Below are positions 58,680 through 64,000 of a DNA stretch of 64,000 bases, one piece after another. A program made the position numbers and the translations under genes. This stretch comes from the human T2T-CHM13v2.0 reference genome, Homo sapiens. The DNA is taken from assembly GCF_009914755.1 (NCBI RefSeq), contig NC_060927.1, one strand, 5' to 3'. Each line of letters opens with the position of its first letter. Position 1 is the stretch's first letter. The notes under the pieces are model-generated. The model was not told the DNA's origin. It was given only the letters and a program-made list of their open reading frames with translations, and ran no database searches.

Positions 58680-59340
58680 ATTAGTTCACCCATTTACTTA
58701 TTCAGCAAATATTTATTTTGCACCAACTCTGTATCAGACACTAAACAGAATACCTACGTGGTCAAGACAGACAAAGGCCCTCCTTTCTATAACAAATGTT
58801 GACATTCTCATAGAAGGGGACAAATCCCAAGTAAATAAATAAGTAAGGAAAGTAATTTCAGATTGTATTAAGTGCTATGAAGAAATAATGAACAAAGTTG
58901 TGAGCACTGACTGGGACTGGGCTGGAAGGAGAACTCCTTTAGATTCATTCATCAAAGATTTCTCTTCAATGTAATTTTTGAGCTGAGACCTAAAAGTTGA
59001 GAAGCCAGGCATGAACCGAACAAGAGGAAGGGCATTCCAGGCCAAAGAAAGTCAAGTGAAAGGTGCCTGAAGTGGAAAAAGGCTTGATGTGTTTTCAAAG
59101 CAGAGCAGAGATCAAGGAGGGAGATTTTAGAAGTTAGAGAAGGACGGATCATTTGTATAGGCTATGGTAGAGTTTAAATGTCATTCTAAGTGCACAAGGA
59201 AACAGTAAAAAATGTTAAGGAGGGATATAATCAGATCTGATACACATTTTAAAATGATAATTCAAACTTCTTTGTGGAAAACAGATCTTCCTAGAGGGCA
59301 GAAGAGCACTGCAGTAATCAGTCAGAGATGATGCTTTTAC
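58680..59340 (-). mobile_element. L2 fragment (approximate ends)
   Basis: CAGCAAATATTTAT, TAAGTGCTATGAAGAAA, TTTGAGCTGAGACCTAAA. Confidence 0.62.
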
Positions 59341-60729
59341 TTTGCAAAATAATGCAGCACAGCGTAAGTCAGTTGCCTGTTTTACTTTCCTTCCATTGCC
59401 TGCCTCGATTCCTTTCTCTTCGTCTATTTTGCCCATCCTTGCTATAACAATGTTTCTCAATTCAGAAGGCAAACACGTAACACAAAAGGAAACGCTTCTA
59501 AAATTTCCAAAGATTTTGTGTGGAAAATATGTAAGTTCCCTATTTTCTGAATTAGGATATGTAGCTCAAATATTTTGAATACGAAATTAAGAACAACTTG
59601 TAAGGCACGTGCAACAAAGAAAAGGGGCTAATAATTCTAAAGCACATTAAAACATGGAAATACCACTATGTACTTCTCAAATAGAATATTTGGCAGCACT
59701 TTTTACTCTTTTGAAGGTTTTTTGTACAGAGTAAAACGTCAAGCGTAAAATAAGTAATTTCCATTATTCTCAAACATCAACATTTTCAATAAATGAATGA
59801 ATTCTTTTTCTACTTTCGTCACCCTAACTTTGGGAATTTATCCATTACATTTTAATGAAGTGCTATGGTTTTTGCCTTCGTTTTTTTACTTAAATTTCAC
59901 AATATAGTAACTTTAGAGATTTTTAACTCCCAAGTGACAAGCATGTAAGCTGACACTGAAGACATCCTGTTTCTAAGCCACAGCGCAAGTTCTAAGCTCT
60001 AGCTAGCAGCATAAGCACAACAGCTAGAGAGAAAGGAAGTCATCAAATTACAGCATGTATATCACACTAAACAACCAAATTCATCCTTTGATGAACCTGT
60101 AAGATGTGTGTGTGTATACACTCATATACATACACATGTCACAAGGCACATTTGTAGACATTTCATTACTTGCTAAAAAGTCTCCAAATTTACTCGAATT
60201 TTTGCCAACTTGAGTTAATTTTTCTTCATAGAACCAAATAAATAAATACATTTCTTACAATATGAATAATATATTAAAAGAATATTCTTAAAATTTACAA
60301 AACATCAAATTTTGAAATAAAATTTGGAAGCAGTTTGTTCAACCTACTGAATTAAACGAAATCCTGTAAATTACAGTATTTAAATGTAAAGTATGGGCTT
60401 ATGAATGAGAATTTAATCTTATTTTAGGACATTCCTAAACATTTCTATATAGCAGAGTCAGATTTTTGGAGTAAAATAATAGCCATATAGCAAATAACTT
60501 TGCATTTTATTTCACAGTTACTGATGATGTTAATACATTAATATAACTTGTAAAAAGATCCATATTTGAAATTTTCACAATTCAGTTATAAGAAAAAACA
60601 GTTTATATCTCCTGACAAATTTATAAAATTAATTTTTACATCCATAGAGAACTACCTAATATATTCTGTTGCACCTTTTGCCTTGACTACTGGGAAGCTC
60701 AGAATTGCATTCACTGTCATTTACAGTAA

Positions 60730-61064
<335 letters not shown>

Positions 61065-62718
61065 ATTATGTTGGGTTTCTAATGTGTCAAACTAAAGCTG
61101 GCATATTTCACTTTTTTCTTTGAGTGTTTTTGTTTCCATTTCAAAAATCTAACTATACAAATAGTTGCCTTAGCAAGGAAACTCAGGGACATACAAAAGG
61201 TACAACCTATTTAAAATATATACTCCCATAGTAAGGGAGATTTTTATACAATATATTCCTTTTCTACATCTCAAGGCAGAACATTTTAAAATTTCTAGCT
61301 TTGAAGAACACATGTTAATTCACAAGTTAGGTGGCCATGCTAATGTAGAAAATGAACTTATCTTTGCATTTATGAAATGTCACTCTAAAATACAGTCATA
61401 GGTATAAGTAACTATTTATCGTTTTCAAAATGCAATTTGGTAAGGATTAAATGGAAATGACGTTTCTGAAGAGTAATATTTCCTCTGTGGAGTAAGTTGG
61501 AAAGGAAGAATGAACATGCTTTCTTAAAGTGCTTTCTTTTGCCAAACTGCTTATGCTCTTTCCCTCAATTACTTATGGTCCTGATTCTGATTAATAGACT
61601 CCTGCTTTTTTAAACACTCTAGTGAAGTTTTAGTCTTGATGTTTACATTTTAGTGTTAAACACTAATGGTGAATAGCCATGGCCAAATGAGGATACTCTT
61701 AGGAGCTCCGTGAAACAACAGATTCCATCAGCTTTCTAGAAGATTTCTTATCTAAATAGAAACCATCTTTCTGGGTAAGGAAAACATTAAAGTGAAGACA
61801 CAGAACTTTTAAACATACTATTTCCGATTAGAGACTATTAAAAATGAAATGCCCTTGATGTTAAAAAAAAAAAAAAACTATCTAAGTATTAGCCAGAAAT
61901 AAGTGTGTGCTTTGAATTAGACAAAATCGCTCAAGTCATCTGTGTATTGTCTAACTTCCTACCAAGGGAACAGCCAAAATTTGAATGGCTGCTGGGTAAG
62001 AAGGAGAGCACATTATCTTAGTGATGGAAGGTAGACAAGTCGTCTCTGCCTCGGGTCGAATGAAGTTAGTGTGCATGGTCTATTGGTATGTTACTGTTGT
62101 TTTTGGTTCTAAATGCTAGGACAGGGTAAGACTGAATAACTGGGCAGGGATCTTAACCTCTGCAGTGTTTGTCCAGCACTCTCCCTTGAGGTGTCAGATG
62201 ATGACTAATGGTTACCGAAAAGCAGTGTGGGCCAAGACCTTGCTGACATTTGTTTCCTGCTACTGTTTTTGGAATCAGCTTTAATCCTTTTCAAAGTTTA
62301 TTCTGAAGGTAGTTGTCATTAATTTCATACCTTAGCTTTGCCAGCATCCCATGACTATGGTAGTAGTCATTACTTTAACATCTCAAGAATCTAGTTCATG
62401 TCAGATTTTGAAAAATAAATAAATAGAAATCCAATGTTTCTCTATGTGAGTACAGAACTCTACTCCTCTTATACATGACCTCTGTATTGGTGAGCACAAT
62501 CTAACTTGTGAGGTTGCCAATAATAAAAATTGCATTTGTCATATAGGTTGTATGTTTTATATAGTTGGCAAAGCATTTTATAATATTAGTAATAAAAATA
62601 AGAGAAATAAAAATGGCCATTTATTGAGTTTGTCTGCCCAAGAGGACAGCTTCAAAAAGCTAGATGAGCCCTTACCTCTACTTCAGGACCAGCGCAGAAA
62701 GTGGCTGGTAATTATTGA

Positions 62719-63047
<329 letters not shown>

Positions 63048-63340
63048 ACGAACAATAATTTATAGCACCAAGTCAAAACTTGTCCAGGGACAGAGTTCCC
63101 CTTAATGAACTTTAGGATACAAAAACAAATTTTGTTGTGATAACACTTGACTCATATTTTGCCTGGTTTTCATTATAATAAAGGGGGAAAAACGTTGTCT
63201 TTCCCGAGTGACTCAATTAAAAAAAAAATTTTAGCTGGCCATCAATTTACTACAGCTAAAAGTCAGCTTCCTAATTGTTCACTACCACAGTTATGTCTCT
63301 ACAACCAATAGCAGCCAGATCACATTTTTTCCTCAAACTG

Positions 63341-63428
63341 TATGTCACAATCATTTGAATTTGTCACAAATCACTTGTCACAAATCATTTGTCAAAAATC
63401 ATATGTCACAAATCATTTGAATTTGTCA
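63341..63428. repeat. Short minisatellite, ~14-bp unit TGTCACAAATCATT
   Basis: Six TGTCA-initiated units, five followed by AATCA. Confidence 0.8.
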
Positions 63429-64000
63429 ATTATGATAGCAAAATGGCAATTAACTATGGATTTCTGTTTCTAAGATAGCTTTTTGAAAATCAGCAGTGAA
63501 ATAGCTAAATGCAAGCCTGGGAATGATTTTTCTGATCTTGAGAATATGAAAAAAAATTTCAAAAGTTTGTTGCTGTGTCTGCAACATTGTTTTGTGAAAT
63601 GACAAAGCCTCAGACATCAAATGCTTGTCACAAGCACTGGGAATCAAAGTATGGGTTTATTTAGTGTTTCTCCTGTAAGTCCACATGTTTCCTGAGTAGA
63701 CTGCATGGGGGCATATAGATCAGGGAGAAGAAGTAATCATTTGGGCCCTGGCCTGTTTTAAATTGTAACAATGCTAGGATAACACTGAAAATAGCTTGGC
63801 AAATTTGATTATTTGAGGAGGCTTTTAGGGTTTAGTGAATGTACAAATAAATTCTGTCATTACAATTTCCAACATGCTTGGTCTCCCTTCCATTTTGTGT
63901 TTATGAAACAAACTTAACATTCCACTCAAATCGCTTTACTGTGAGCAATGCAAGAAAAGCAAACAAGTAAATCAAAAGCCTTTCCACTTGTACCTTTTTG

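Noticed and set aside
63341-63428. Repeat array as CRISPR-like
   Set aside because: No unique spacers or cas genes; eukaryotic tandem repeat.

Overview
Primate (very likely human) genomic DNA rich in Alu, L1, L2, MIR and LTR elements, with no prokaryotic features. The minus strand carries 14 coding exons (exons 2-15) of P3H2/LEPREL1, prolyl 3-hydroxylase 2. I traced all of them by hand with GT-AG boundaries and consistent phases: 1647 nt, or 548 aa plus stop, ending in KDEL. Exon 1 lies beyond the right edge, the 3' UTR ends near 15.1 kb, and bases 1-15 kb are intergenic. Intron 13 holds an MTAP processed pseudogene that lacks its own stop, 3' UTR and poly(A) and is fused directly to the 3' end of an L1, which looks like a template-switch mRNA/L1 chimera. 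Two apparent locally templated insertions stand out: a 39-bp copy of the MTAP start region inside a (TA)n tract, and a ~104-bp copy of a MIR-like segment 3.3 kb away followed by a palindromic AT-rich scar. Three co-oriented CTCF-like motifs sit in the last two introns. I found no supportable new protein-coding system; the most novel-looking signals are retrotransposition and DNA-repair fossils. Family assignments come from recalled consensus sequences, not from searches.
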